Shown: positions 19,118-29,520, counted from the first letter of the stretch. The stretch: DNA of 64,000 nt from Candidatus Bathyarchaeota archaeon (GCA_963782525.1 CAWAKC010000010.1:64001-128000); one strand, 5' to 3'. Notes: a model not told the origin generated them from the sequence alone. Program-made: numbers and translations.

Positions 19118-20793
19118 GAGACCGTGTAAAAAATAGCGCAGCGGCCAGTTGTTAACTTGAAAAAGTACTTAATACTTTTTGAGATTTTACTTTCTCTTAT
19201 TCTTTATTTTTTAACAAGCGCTTGGATTAGAGCTTCAACCCCAAGAATGTTTAGAGCTCTCCTCAAATTATAAGAAAACAAAAGCAACCCAACCTCCCCA
19301 CTAACCTTGCGAAGACCTTTAAGCAGCAAATATGGAGCACCAAACGCTCTCTTCAAAGTTCCAAACGTATGCTCAATCACTTTTTTGCGTTCACCCATAA
19401 TCTCTGGATGCAATTTCATCCGCTTTCTCATATCATCGACAACTTCTTCGTGCACCCACCGCCAAATTACCCGACCTACCTTATTGCCTGTGCACTTAGT
19501 CATAAAAAATTGGCATGAAGAGCAAACACCTTTCTGGCATCTGTAAATACGCATCTCAATCCCTTCACGAACGCTCAAACAATAAAACAAAAGACGCCGC
19601 CCAGCTGGACAAACATACACATCAGCACTCTTATCATAACGGAATTTGTCAGCAGTAAACTCCGGAGACACAAGACCGCCACCGCTTCCAGATCTCTTCA
19701 CTGCAACATAAGGCGTAACCCCACTGTCGACACATTGCTTAATCTGCATGAAGTCAAAATAACCTTTATCAGAAATACAATCAATCTGCTCTACTCCTAG
19801 TGTTTCTTTTGCGCTTATAGCTACTCCGCTGAGCTGATTTAGGTCTGAAGCTTCGTTAGTCACCAGGTAGTTGACGATGAGATGGTTTTTTGAATCCACT
19901 GCTGCCTGCATGTTATAGCAGGATTCAACTCTGCCATGATTCATCATCTGCCGACAATCCAGATCAGTTAGAGCAACTTCCTTTTGACCACTCTTTTCTA
20001 TTTTACCAAGGATTTCTTGGCTCTTTTCTTTTTTCTCAAGCAACGCAGCCAATTTGTCTACCATAAAAGCCTTCGCCACTTCACCTGACTCGCTACTTGC
20101 TTGTTGCTCGTCAGATGCTTCCTGCTCATCTGCAGCATCTAACTCGTCTAGGTAGTGTTTTACTGATTTTTCCATGACCTTTATTCTCTTTGCAAGCGCT
20201 CGTTGGGTAAAGGCTTTATCATTGGAGTTGACGGCCCGAAGTTTGGTGCCATCTACGGTTACTTGTTTTGCTCCATAGAGACTGAGATCTTTTAAGAAAG
20301 CTACAAAATCTTTGAACAAGGCGCATATGGCTGCTGGGTTGTCTTTTCTAAAATCCGCTATGGTTTTAAAATCGGGTGCTAAGCCTTTGAGCAGCCACAT
20401 TGCCTCAAGGTTTGTTTTGCATTCTCGTTCTAGCTTTCTGCTTGATCGGATGTGGTTTAGGCCTCCGTAGAGATAGAGTTTACAGAGATCTTTTGGGTTG
20501 TATGATGGTCTTCCAAGGTCTTGTGGTGTTGAGTGGGTGAAGCCTAACTTTTCCATGTCCAGCGTGTTTACGTAGGCGTCTATGAATCTGACTGGGTTGT
20601 CTGGTTCTACGTATTCTTCTATGGTTTTGGGCAGTAGGAACGTTTGGTTTCTGGATAAGCCTTCTACATAGCTGTCGGTTTCATCGTTCATTGTCTGCTC
20701 ACTTATTTTGGTCTTGTTTGTTATGGGCGAAGGGTCTAGATTTAAGGTTAACGGCATAATAGACGAGTTAGAGCAGACTTTTCACACAGTCTC
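19118..20793 (-). mobile_element. Complete IS1182-family insertion sequence
   Basis: Imperfect TIRs GAGACCGTGTAAAAA and GAGACTGTGTGAAAA. 4-bp target duplication AAAC at 19114-19117 and 20794-20797. Confidence 0.9.
19204..20691 (-). CDS. tnp: IS1182-family DDE transposase
   Basis: GRPSYNP..LYLYG, SSRKLERE, PDFKTIADFRK, VDGTK, DKGY, YVCPAG, IEHTFGTLK. Confidence 0.95.
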   Translation of the reverse strand: MNDETDSYVEGLSRNQTFLLPKTIEEYVEPDNPVRFIDAYVNTLDMEKLGFTHSTPQDLGRPSYNPKDLCKLYLYGGLNHIRSSRKLERECKTNLEAMWLLKGLAPDFKTIADFRKDNPAAICALFKDFVAFLKDLSLYGAKQVTVDGTKLRAVNSNDKAFTQRALAKRIKVMEKSVKHYLDELDAADEQEASDEQQASSESGEVAKAFMVDKLAALLEKKEKSQEILGKIEKSGQKEVALTDLDCRQMMNHGRVESCYNMQAAVDSKNHLIVNYLVTNEASDLNQLSGVAISAKETLGVEQIDCISDKGYFDFMQIKQCVDSGVTPYVAVKRSGSGGGLVSPEFTADKFRYDKSADVYVCPAGRRLLFYCLSVREGIEMRIYRCQKGVCSSCQFFMTKCTGNKVGRVIWRWVHEEVVDDMRKRMKLHPEIMGERKKVIEHTFGTLKRAFGAPYLLLKGLRKVSGEVGLLLFSYNLRRALNILGVEALIQALVKK

Positions 20794-20867
20794 AAACTTT
20801 TAGTCAACAAACCTTGTCAAGAACTCTTTTATTACAAACGCGTTTTAAAGAGAAGTGGTGACAGCAG

Positions 20868-22374
20868 TTGAAACTAATAAAATGCGTTATAGTTTTTGCT
20901 GTTTTCACTCTTTTGATAATTAGCATCCCAACTTCTGCTTTTTCTCTACAAGGAGCTAAAGCGGACCAATCCAATATATCGTTATCTGACAATTGGTCGA
21001 TGTTCAATCATGACCTACAACACACAGGAACAACAAACTCAACACTCTCAGACGGCAACCTGCTCTGGGAATTCAACACAGGGGATAAAATGCGGTCATC
21101 TGCCGCAGTGGTCAAAGGCGTTGTCTACGATGGCACAAACACTGGTTACGTCTATGCTTTGAATGCTGCTACAGGCTCAATAATCTGGCAATGATACAGC
21201 GTCAGCGCCGTGGAGTCGTCTCCTGCAGTAGTTGACGGCATCGTGTACGGTGGCCTACTCTGGGATAATCACAACGGGTATGTGGTTGCTTTGAACGCCA
21301 ACAATGGTCAATTGATTTGGCGATTCGCAACAAACACGGCATAGAATCTTCACCTGCAATCGTCGACGGTGTGGTCTTCACTGGCTCATACCTCGGCTAC
21401 ATCTACGCCCTAAACGCCACCAACGGAGACCAAATATGGTCCTATCTAACAGGCGACCAAACATATTCCTCACCCGCCATAATCAACGGCATCCTCTACC
21501 AGGGCTCAGGAGACGGCAACGTTTACGCTTTAAATGCTTCAAACGGAACACTGATATGGTCATTCCAAACTGGAACTCAAATCTACTGTTCGCCAACAGA
21601 GTTGTTGAAAACGTTGTTTATGTTTGCTCAGACGCTGGCAACGTTTATACTTTAAGTGCAAGCGATGGCTCAAGGATTTGGCAAGTTAACATCGGCTGCG
21701 GTGACCATGAAGACGCTTCAGAAATCGTAGCTAATGGCATTGTATACATATGTTCACGCAACGGATACTATGCTCTCAATGCAACCAATGGCGCGCAAAT
21801 TTGGTTCTTCACTTCCCCATACACACCACGTCAATTTACAGGCTACTTTTATTCCACTCCCGCAGTTGCAGACCATATTGTGTACATTGGCACAATAGAT
21901 TGTTACGTATTTGCATTAAATGCTTCCAATGGCTCCATCATCTGGCTTTTTCACACAGGGGGCTTCATATTTTCATCGCCTGCAGTTTACAACGCTGTAA
22001 TCTATATTGGTTCATTTGACGGCAAAATCTATGCTTTAGGCAACCCATCAGTAGCAGTCCAGGCGCCGCCACCAGTTCCAACCCCCTCAACCAACGGTAA
22101 CCCCTCAACCATCGCCAACCTCAACGCCCACCCCAGCAGCAACAACTACACCAACTCCTCAACCTACTGCAAATCCGACAAATTCCCCCACAACAACTTC
22201 TACACCAATACAATCCACATCCACACCTGAACCAACAATCGCAACCAAATACTCAGCGTTGGGTCGAACACAAACGGATCCGCAGAATCGATTATTCTGG
22301 GAATAACTTTCGCCCTTGCAGCATTAGCGTTTCTAACACTGTTTCATGTTTACAGAAAAGACAAAGCAGTATGA
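20868..22374 (+). pseudogene. PQQ-like (BamB-type) beta-propeller surface protein, disrupted
   Basis: SSPA...VYALNA.NG..IW repeats run across three frames, with an in-frame TGA at 21192 and several frameshifts. P/T linker and TM tail end at TGA22374. Confidence 0.85.
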
Positions 22375-22407
22375 GTTAAAGCAGCAAACCCAATTTTTTT
22401 ATTAGGC

Positions 22408-22656
22408 TCAGGTTGACCTTGTTTCATAAACTATAACTGCATCCGACTTAATCTGCATGACTAAGTCGTGGCCTTCCACAATTTTTCTTAGGTTACCCAT
22501 GCTTTCTTTAGAAAGGTTTGCTTTAATGTTGATGTGGTATCCATTGTAAAGTGGATACATGGCTTTTTGTGGAATCAAAGTTATGGTGCTTCCGTCAAGC
22601 CCCGGGCACCTGTCCACGATTTCTCTTAGTAAGATGGCGATTTCTGCGAACTTCAT
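22408..22656 (-). CDS. Hypothetical protein (82 aa)
   Basis: Clean ORF with an AGGTTG RBS-like upstream sequence; alpha/beta pattern. Confidence 0.65.
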   Translation of the reverse strand: MKFAEIAILLREIVDRCPGLDGSTITLIPQKAMYPLYNGYHINIKANLSKESMGNLRKIVEGHDLVMQIKSDAVIVYETRST

Positions 22657-22866
22657 GAATTCAACCTATTAACAATTTGTACATAACACAATAAAAGGCT
22701 TTTAGCTGTACCTCTTTTTTTTATGTTGAAATGTTAGATTTTTTTCATAATTATTGTTAAATGTTCATTATTTTCATTACGGTGATGGCGAGTGTGTGTA
22801 TTGAATCGTAAGTTAGCAGATATATTTATTAGATTGCCTTCCCTTTTCTATGGATAGGGATCCATT

Positions 22867-24333
22867 GTGAATAAGGGTAGACTTTCAGGCTTAATTTTGA
22901 TTGCATTTATAACGCTTACCCTTTTAGCTGTTCCCAGTTCCAATGCAACAACAACTAACAACACCACATTAAACCTTGATACGAATTACAAGAGTTGGGT
23001 TGATGGTTCAGCTTTCCAATACCAAGTTCACCCAAAAGCATCCACTATTAGTTACGGTGAAGGCATCTTGGCTAATACTGTCTTTGAGTTACGTAATGCA
23101 TACGACCTAAACCCTCTCTATTCAGCAGGATACACAGGAAAAGGTCAAACAGTCGTTATAGTTGATGCCTACGGTAGCCCAACAATATATGAAGATTTAC
23201 TAATGTTTATCCAATGGCAAAACGCAAACGGCGTAAACCTACCTTGGAAAACAATAAACGAAATCAAAAATCACTTGCATATATATTACCCCATGGGTAA
23301 ACCGGTCTTCGATGCAAACGACCCGAATCAACTGAGTTGGAGCACCGAGACAACCCTTGATGTTGACATGGTTCACGCAATCGCACCCAACGCTGACATA
23401 GCGTTAGTTATTGCGCCAAACAACAATGACAGACCATTAAACTATGCCGTACTTTACTCAATAATTCACCACCTAGGTTGCGCAATATCGCTAAGTTGGG
23501 GTGAAGCAGAATCAGCAATAACTGGACAAAGTCAAATACGGGAAGTAAGAATCTCGGACACAATTTTCAAATTAGCAACGTTGGCGGGCATAACAGTCTT
23601 CGCGGGTTCAGGCGATTGGGGTGCATCAAACGGGGCGGACTATAACAACGCGTTTTTCCCAGCATCAGACCCGTATGTAACAGCGGTTGGGGGAACTAAC
23701 CTGTTTATGAATTGTGCTGATGGCTTTATGGAGGGAACTAACTCCTGGGATAGTCAAAACCATGTTGGCGTGCAGTACTCGTACGAAATTGTAGGTAATG
23801 ACTATCAAGCTATGGTTGCCGACGGCTTCCCAGCTCCATTTGACATGGTTACGGCAGGCGGAGCGATGAGTTCCTTATTTCCTTTGCCAAGTTGGCAGAA
23901 AGGAATAGCCCTGACTGATATAGCAGGCAACACTATTATCCCAAATGGAAGATGCACATCCGACGTTTCATTTAATAGTGGTGTCTATGGTGCCTTAGGT
24001 ATTATTTTCTTGAGTGCAGCTTCCCCCGGTTCTCCAACACTTAATATTGTTGGTGGAACTAGTGCGGGTTCTCCTTTTTGGGCGGCTCTAACTGCAATAG
24101 CAAGCCAGTATGCCGGTCATAGCCTTGGATACTTAAACCCAGAGTTATATGCACATAGGGAGACTCTTTACAAAACGGGTGCTATTCATGACATCAAATC
24201 TGGCGACAATACATATCCCACAGGTAACAATGTGATAGGCTACAGCTCTACGAAGGGATGGGATTCACCCACAGGCATAGGGAGCCCTGACGCTGCGATT
24301 CTAGTACCAAAATTGAGAAGCATAGTTGGATAA
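22867..24333 (+). CDS. Secreted S53 (sedolisin/kumamolisin) peptidase
   Basis: Signal peptide; ETTLD (catalytic E/D), SGDWG, GGTSAGSP (catalytic Ser), GWDSPTGIGSP. Confidence 0.92.
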   Translation: MNKGRLSGLILIAFITLTLLAVPSSNATTTNNTTLNLDTNYKSWVDGSAFQYQVHPKASTISYGEGILANTVFELRNAYDLNPLYSAGYTGKGQTVVIVDAYGSPTIYEDLLMFIQWQNANGVNLPWKTINEIKNHLHIYYPMGKPVFDANDPNQLSWSTETTLDVDMVHAIAPNADIALVIAPNNNDRPLNYAVLYSIIHHLGCAISLSWGEAESAITGQSQIREVRISDTIFKLATLAGITVFAGSGDWGASNGADYNNAFFPASDPYVTAVGGTNLFMNCADGFMEGTNSWDSQNHVGVQYSYEIVGNDYQAMVADGFPAPFDMVTAGGAMSSLFPLPSWQKGIALTDIAGNTIIPNGRCTSDVSFNSGVYGALGIIFLSAASPGSPTLNIVGGTSAGSPFWAALTAIASQYAGHSLGYLNPELYAHRETLYKTGAIHDIKSGDNTYPTGNNVIGYSSTKGWDSPTGIGSPDAAILVPKLRSIVG

Positions 24334-24691
24334 TAAAAATTAGAGTAAATTGGAAATTACTACAGCAGCTTTTAGATACTATTCACATTCAGAAGAAAGT
24401 TACATAAAATGGCTTTTGTTCTTCTTAGAGAAGTCGCCCGCTCTAAAGTATCAACCATTTGCAAAGTCAAAGAGCTTATCTTCTACATGAATGCGAACAA
24501 CAGAATAAGTTTTGCCGTATATGCTGAAATACATTTAATTGGCAAATATTAGGCAAAAGGAAGCTCTAATTATCGTAAACAAGAGAAAAAGAAAGAGGAT
24601 TTTGTGCGGGAGATATCCCCTTTTTGTCTGGAATTGTTTTAATAAGGCGCTTTTCAATAGTGTGAACGCTTCAAAATAGAGGCAAACAATC

Positions 24692-26608
24692 TTGTTAATC
24701 CAAGAAGTTATCCTTGAAAATTTCATGAGTTACGAATACGCCAGAGTACCGTTTAAACAGGGTGTTAACATAATTGGGGGACCCAACGGAGCAGGAAAAT
24801 CTTCGCTGCTTTTGGCAATCTCCGTTGGTTTGGGGCAGACTTACACTGAGCGTTCTCGCAAACTCAGCGACTTAATCCGCTGGGGACAAGACCAAGCCAG
24901 AGTCACTCTAATCCTAGATAACAGCAAGCAAGGAAACAAACGACCCGTCGCAAAATACAGCAAAGACCAGCTCTTCCTAACTCGAGTTCTGCGTCGAGAC
25001 GGCAAATACTTTTTTGAACTTGAAAACCGTGTTGCCAGCAAGCAGGATATTGAACGTTTGCTCGGTAAATTCGGTGTGGATCCAGACAACATGCTAATCA
25101 TAATGCATCAGAACATGGTGGAGCAATTCAGCGTTCTTAGTAATGTAGAGAAACTGCGTATGGTTGAAGCAGCCGTTGGCCTGGAACCTTTCCGAGAGAA
25201 CGTTGTTCAGGCCAAAACCAAACTTATGCGCATTCTGAGCCAAGAGGAATCTGTGGGCAAACTCTTGGAGCAAGCGCAGCAAACTCTTGCCTACTGGCAT
25301 GAGCAATATGAGAAGTATCAAGAGAAAAAACAGTTGCAGCTTAAACGGCGATTTTTGGACCGTGAACTTGTTTGGGCAGAAGTTGAAAAACGAGAAGCCA
25401 TAATCAAAGAGTTACAGGCAAAGTTCAATAAGAACCAGCAAACACTGGGCAAAATCGAAGACGATCGACAAGCGCTTATCAGCGAGTTGGATGGGCAGCA
25501 AGTTGTGCAGCAATCCCTCAAAGGTGATGCAAAATTAGTTTTCGATGAACGTTTGAATCTTGAACGTGAAATCGCTCAGAATGAATCCATTTTATACCTG
25601 ATTGAGCCGTTGTTAACCGAAGCCCAAGCTTTGGAATCTCTCACAAGCAAAGGTCAGTTTAAACTGCTTAGAACTGAGAACCTCAAAAAAAGGCTTGAAA
25701 CCGCGAAAAAACAAATCGCTAAGGCAACGGAAGAAGTTAAAGAAAATCAGAAAAAGATGCTCAAACTTGAAGGTTCAACCGACAAAATTTCGATTGAGGC
25801 TTTGGATAAACGTGTAGCTCTTGGTTTGCTGGAGTTTAAACGGGCAAACGCCATTGCCGACATGAAAAATATTGAGAAATCAATCAAAGAAGCCGGAGAA
25901 ACACTAAACAACGCTATCGCGAAGGCCCAGCCAAATGGCGAACGTATCGCGGTCCTAAAATCCAATGCTGAAATCCAAGACGAAATCGGCTTAACCAACG
26001 GACACTTAGCCGCTTTAGCGGATGTATCAGAGGACATCGAGCGACAGTACGAATCTTACTCGAAGCTTTACTTGGAACTTAAGGAAAAAGCACAGTTAGT
26101 AGCTGAGAACCGCGAGAAAACCTTAGAAGAAGTCAAAACTCGCATGCAATCTTGGCGCACCGTTATGGAGAACCTGCTTGAACGGGTAAACGTAGAATAC
26201 CAAAAAATTATGAGCCAAACCCGAGCAACTGGTGAAGTTAAACTTTCAAGTGCCCAAGACATTGAAACCGCTGGATTGGAAATCTACGTTGGATTTAAGG
26301 GAAGCAAACCAGTTGCGCTTGATGCTTACACTCAGAGCGGCGGCGAACGCACCACCGCTACGATGGGTTTCCTCTTGGCTTTACAGCAGCACGTACGTTC
26401 ACCTTTCCGAGCTGTCGACGAATACGATATACACATGGACCCCAAAAACCGTGAAATGATAGCTAAAGTCCTCGTTGCAATGATTAAGGATGCCAGCGCC
26501 CAATACGTCGTCATCACACCCAGCCAAATCACCTTTGCCCAGCAAGACGCCAACGTTATTACAGTGCAGAACCTTGAAGGAAAATCAGTCGTGCGTGAGG
26601 TTGCCTAA
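24692..26608 (+). CDS. SMC5/6-like (ClsN/ASRP-type) SMC ATPase with short coiled coil
   Basis: LENFMSY, Walker A GPNGAGKSS, Q-loop IMHQ, signature QSGGER, SPFRAVDEYDIHMD; about 320-aa coiled coil. Confidence 0.9.
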   Translation: MLIQEVILENFMSYEYARVPFKQGVNIIGGPNGAGKSSLLLAISVGLGQTYTERSRKLSDLIRWGQDQARVTLILDNSKQGNKRPVAKYSKDQLFLTRVLRRDGKYFFELENRVASKQDIERLLGKFGVDPDNMLIIMHQNMVEQFSVLSNVEKLRMVEAAVGLEPFRENVVQAKTKLMRILSQEESVGKLLEQAQQTLAYWHEQYEKYQEKKQLQLKRRFLDRELVWAEVEKREAIIKELQAKFNKNQQTLGKIEDDRQALISELDGQQVVQQSLKGDAKLVFDERLNLEREIAQNESILYLIEPLLTEAQALESLTSKGQFKLLRTENLKKRLETAKKQIAKATEEVKENQKKMLKLEGSTDKISIEALDKRVALGLLEFKRANAIADMKNIEKSIKEAGETLNNAIAKAQPNGERIAVLKSNAEIQDEIGLTNGHLAALADVSEDIERQYESYSKLYLELKEKAQLVAENREKTLEEVKTRMQSWRTVMENLLERVNVEYQKIMSQTRATGEVKLSSAQDIETAGLEIYVGFKGSKPVALDAYTQSGGERTTATMGFLLALQQHVRSPFRAVDEYDIHMDPKNREMIAKVLVAMIKDASAQYVVITPSQITFAQQDANVITVQNLEGKSVVREVA

Positions 26609-27435
26609 TGCAGTCCATTAAACATGACAAGAAGTTGGGTAAGGAAAAGCTGGAACGTATAATTGAAATGTGCATAGCCATCGAAAACCACACCGTTGAG
26701 CCATTCACTTTGAACGTTGATGAAATCATCAAGATAGTTCATGAGTATTTTCCAAACTGGGCAAACCCTGAAGAATTAAAACTTGACGCAGAAGCCCTCC
26801 ATCACTTAGCAACCGTAATCAAAATGCAGAGCGAATGGGTAAAACAACGCTCAAACTCACTCTACACCGATCCCTTCCTCTTAGAAGAAAAAATCCGTCA
26901 GACTGGCAAACAGGGGATGGTTGAAGTTTTTTTGGGGGCTTGGAGTCCGCTGATCGAGTTTGAGCAACTTAGTCTTCACAGTTTAGCGCAGGGACTATTG
27001 TATTGGGAAGCGTTGGCGCCGATGGGCGACCGATGGAAAGATATCGACGTTTCCCAGGTTGCCATGGGTTCCGTGAGTCGTGACGAACTTGTCAAAGAGC
27101 GTGTTCTAAGTAACCGTGAATTCTCTGAGGAACTCGAATGTTACTGGCAGGAACTCAAAGTTAAAGTCACAGAAAAAGGCGTAGGCGGCAAGATTGCATA
27201 TTGGGATTTCATTGGCGCCGATGCATTTGAAGAAACCGTGCAACGTGCATTCCTAACTAGCTTCCTGATAACTTACGGTTACGCTACTTTGGAAATCGAC
27301 AGATTGGAAGAAACAGTCTTCGTATTACCTTTCGATAAACCCCGAAAAGACGCCCTGACAGAGCAATCCACTTCCGTCCCAATTGCGGTTTCAATTGAAA
27401 TTTGGCAAAAATGGAAGCGAGGCGAACAAGTTTGA
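26608..27435 (+). CDS. Kleisin-like protein (ScpA/Nse4-like)
   Basis: N-terminal EPFTLNV...LATVIKMQSE resembles the kleisin N domain. C-terminal YWDFI...FEETVQRAFLTSFLI.YGY resembles the Nse4 winged helix. TAATG coupling to smc. Confidence 0.7.
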   Translation: MQSIKHDKKLGKEKLERIIEMCIAIENHTVEPFTLNVDEIIKIVHEYFPNWANPEELKLDAEALHHLATVIKMQSEWVKQRSNSLYTDPFLLEEKIRQTGKQGMVEVFLGAWSPLIEFEQLSLHSLAQGLLYWEALAPMGDRWKDIDVSQVAMGSVSRDELVKERVLSNREFSEELECYWQELKVKVTEKGVGGKIAYWDFIGADAFEETVQRAFLTSFLITYGYATLEIDRLEETVFVLPFDKPRKDALTEQSTSVPIAVSIEIWQKWKRGEQV

Positions 27436-28085
27436 GCAGCAAGAAAAAAGGTGTTTACGGCAGCAAAGTCAAGAAAGCAACCCAGATGCTCTTCTACAAA
27501 AGACATCAGAAACCTGGCGTAAAAGGCTGGGAGCTCCATAAGGCGTTGGGTTCGGATTACCCCAAAGTGCTTGACCTTGTTGAAGATTACCTCAAGCCGC
27601 TTGATTTGCAGGTTAAAATCGTATTCGAAGAGGAAAAAACCCCTGAGAAACCTACCATTGAGGAGCTTGATAAAGCACGGTTCTTTGTCGCATTGTCGAA
27701 TGGCTCAGTAACTAAGGATAAGTTGATGGGTTGGCGCATTGACGATTTAGCTGGTTTAGCAATAACCATATCCTACATCATCAGCAAAAAAGGGCAAGCA
27801 GCACGCAAAGATGTCGAAAAACTGCTGGGCGAGAAGATGCCGAACTGGAAAATCGGCTTAAACCTTGACCGCTACATCCGCTACGGCTACCTAATGCAGG
27901 ACGAGAAAAGACAACTGTTTTTGGATTGGCGAACACGCGCCGAAGTGGACCAGAAAGCCTTACTCAACATGCTGCTTAACGCGGAAAAACAAACCGAAGA
28001 AGCCGCCGAATCCAAAGTTGAGCCCGACCCAGAAGAAACAGAGGAAGCGCCAGAAGGAATCAACACAGAAGAAGAAACCGAGTAA
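27432..28085 (+). CDS. KITE-like tandem winged-helix protein (Nse3/MAGE- or Nse1-like)
   Basis: TTGA overlap with the kleisin gene. Two WH-sized units, GLAITISYII, YIRYGYL and LDWRTRAEVD, resembling MAGE motifs; acidic tail. Confidence 0.65.
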   Translation: MSSKKKGVYGSKVKKATQMLFYKRHQKPGVKGWELHKALGSDYPKVLDLVEDYLKPLDLQVKIVFEEEKTPEKPTIEELDKARFFVALSNGSVTKDKLMGWRIDDLAGLAITISYIISKKGQAARKDVEKLLGEKMPNWKIGLNLDRYIRYGYLMQDEKRQLFLDWRTRAEVDQKALLNMLLNAEKQTEEAAESKVEPDPEETEEAPEGINTEEETE

Positions 28086-28110
28086 CCTAACACAATCAAA
28101 AATGCAATTG

Positions 28111-28659
28111 CTATACGGTTAGCACCGCAACATAACAATTAATATTATCTTCATCCCCAAAAGCAACAACCTCTAATCCGCTGCCTTCCAAAACATCCAT
28201 AAACTTCTCAAGCGGAAACGCCTTTTTCAAACCAGTTACCACAAAACGGCCGCTCAGTTTGGTAACCTGTTTTAACTCGCCCAACGTTTCTGTAGGCTTG
28301 GGCATGTTTTGTAAAACCGTAAAAGCGAAAACCGCATCAAAAAAGTCTTCCCTAAAGGGCAAATGGTCTGCATCCGCCTGTAACACAAATGTGTTTTTGT
28401 AAACATTTGCTTTTTTCTTCGCTTTTAGTAACAGTTTATGGGAAACATCCACCCCCACAACTACTTCAGCTTTCGACGAGACTGCCTTGAAAAATAATCC
28501 TGACCCGCACCCGACATCCAGAACAGATTTGCCTGCCACATCGACGTTTTCGAGTGCCTTCAAATATTTTCTCTGTTGTTCCTCTGCATACTGCTCATCG
28601 TAGCTGTCTGATGTGACGTCGTAGCGTTGCATGATTTTGCGCTTATCTCTCCAAGTCAT
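28111..28659 (-). CDS. Class I SAM-dependent methyltransferase
   Basis: VLDVGCGSG, GVD, ADADHLPF..FD. Confidence 0.9.
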   Translation of the reverse strand: MTWRDKRKIMQRYDVTSDSYDEQYAEEQQRKYLKALENVDVAGKSVLDVGCGSGLFFKAVSSKAEVVVGVDVSHKLLLKAKKKANVYKNTFVLQADADHLPFREDFFDAVFAFTVLQNMPKPTETLGELKQVTKLSGRFVVTGLKKAFPLEKFMDVLEGSGLEVVAFGDEDNINCYVAVLTV

Positions 28660-28725
28660 CAAGGCGTTATCCTTCAAGAATTCTTATCTACCCAATGCCT
28701 GCTAAAATAGTTGGCGAAAACACGG

Positions 28726-29514
28726 ATGCAACAACCCAACAAAATAGCGGTACTAACTGAACCTACACTTGCGGATGCGGCTGTGCTCATCGAAAAAGCC
28801 TTTGCGCAAAGACGAACTCTAGTCGTCGCAGGCAACTGTCATGTACACTACGCTGGCAGAGCAAATTCTAAGCTTGAACCCGGCGAACGTCTTCTTATCA
28901 TCAAATCTGACGGCTCTCTCCTTGTGCATCGACCAGTCGGGTACGAACCCGTTAACTGGCAGCCCGCAGGCAGCGTCTTCCACGTCCAGATCAAAGACGG
29001 CGAGCTTGAGGTTCATGGTGTTCGCCAAAAACCTAGAGAAAGCGTTCGAGTGGCATTTGACAAAATCTTCATGGTTTCCGCGCTCAACCTTTCTGATTCT
29101 GGAGAATTCCTCTTACATGCCAGCGAAGATGATATGCACCGAGCTATTCTGCTTAAGCCTGAACTGCTTGAGGTTGGTTTTAAACCGATTAGCTGGGAGA
29201 AAAAAGTTGAGCCGGGCTTTGTGGACATTTATGGCGAAGATAAGGATGGCAAACTTGTCATAGTCGAAGTGAAACGTAAAACCGCTTCTAAAGAAGCTGC
29301 TTTGCAATTGGCAAAGTACATTGCACCCATCAAAGCCAAGGTTAATCGTGAAGTCCGCGCCATCTTAGCTGCGCCTAGCCTTGCCAAAGATGTGCAAAGA
29401 GTGCTAGTCACACTTGGATTGGAGTATAAAGCGTTGGATCCTAAAGTGTGCGCTGAAGTGCTCAAAAAAGCTGAGAACTCTAAGCTGGAAACTTTTTTTG
29501 GCGAAAAAATTTAG
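28726..29514 (+). CDS. nucS: Mismatch-specific endonuclease NucS/EndoMS
   Basis: CHVHYAGRA.S.L, IIKSDGSLLVH, PVNWQP, VDI...IVEVKR, QLAKY. Confidence 0.95.
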   Translation: MQQPNKIAVLTEPTLADAAVLIEKAFAQRRTLVVAGNCHVHYAGRANSKLEPGERLLIIKSDGSLLVHRPVGYEPVNWQPAGSVFHVQIKDGELEVHGVRQKPRESVRVAFDKIFMVSALNLSDSGEFLLHASEDDMHRAILLKPELLEVGFKPISWEKKVEPGFVDIYGEDKDGKLVIVEVKRKTASKEAALQLAKYIAPIKAKVNREVRAILAAPSLAKDVQRVLVTLGLEYKALDPKVCAEVLKKAENSKLETFFGEKI

Positions 29515-29520
29515 CGTGCA

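Noticed and set aside
21192-21194. In-frame TGA as selenocysteine or readthrough
   Set aside because: The same gene has several frameshifts and the position is not catalytic; ordinary decay explains it.
24692-28085. Wadjet (JetABCD), Rad50/Mre11 or canonical Smc-ScpAB
   Set aside because: No JetD/Toprim or Mre11 gene, no zinc hook, no hinge, and the head motifs are SMC5/6-like.
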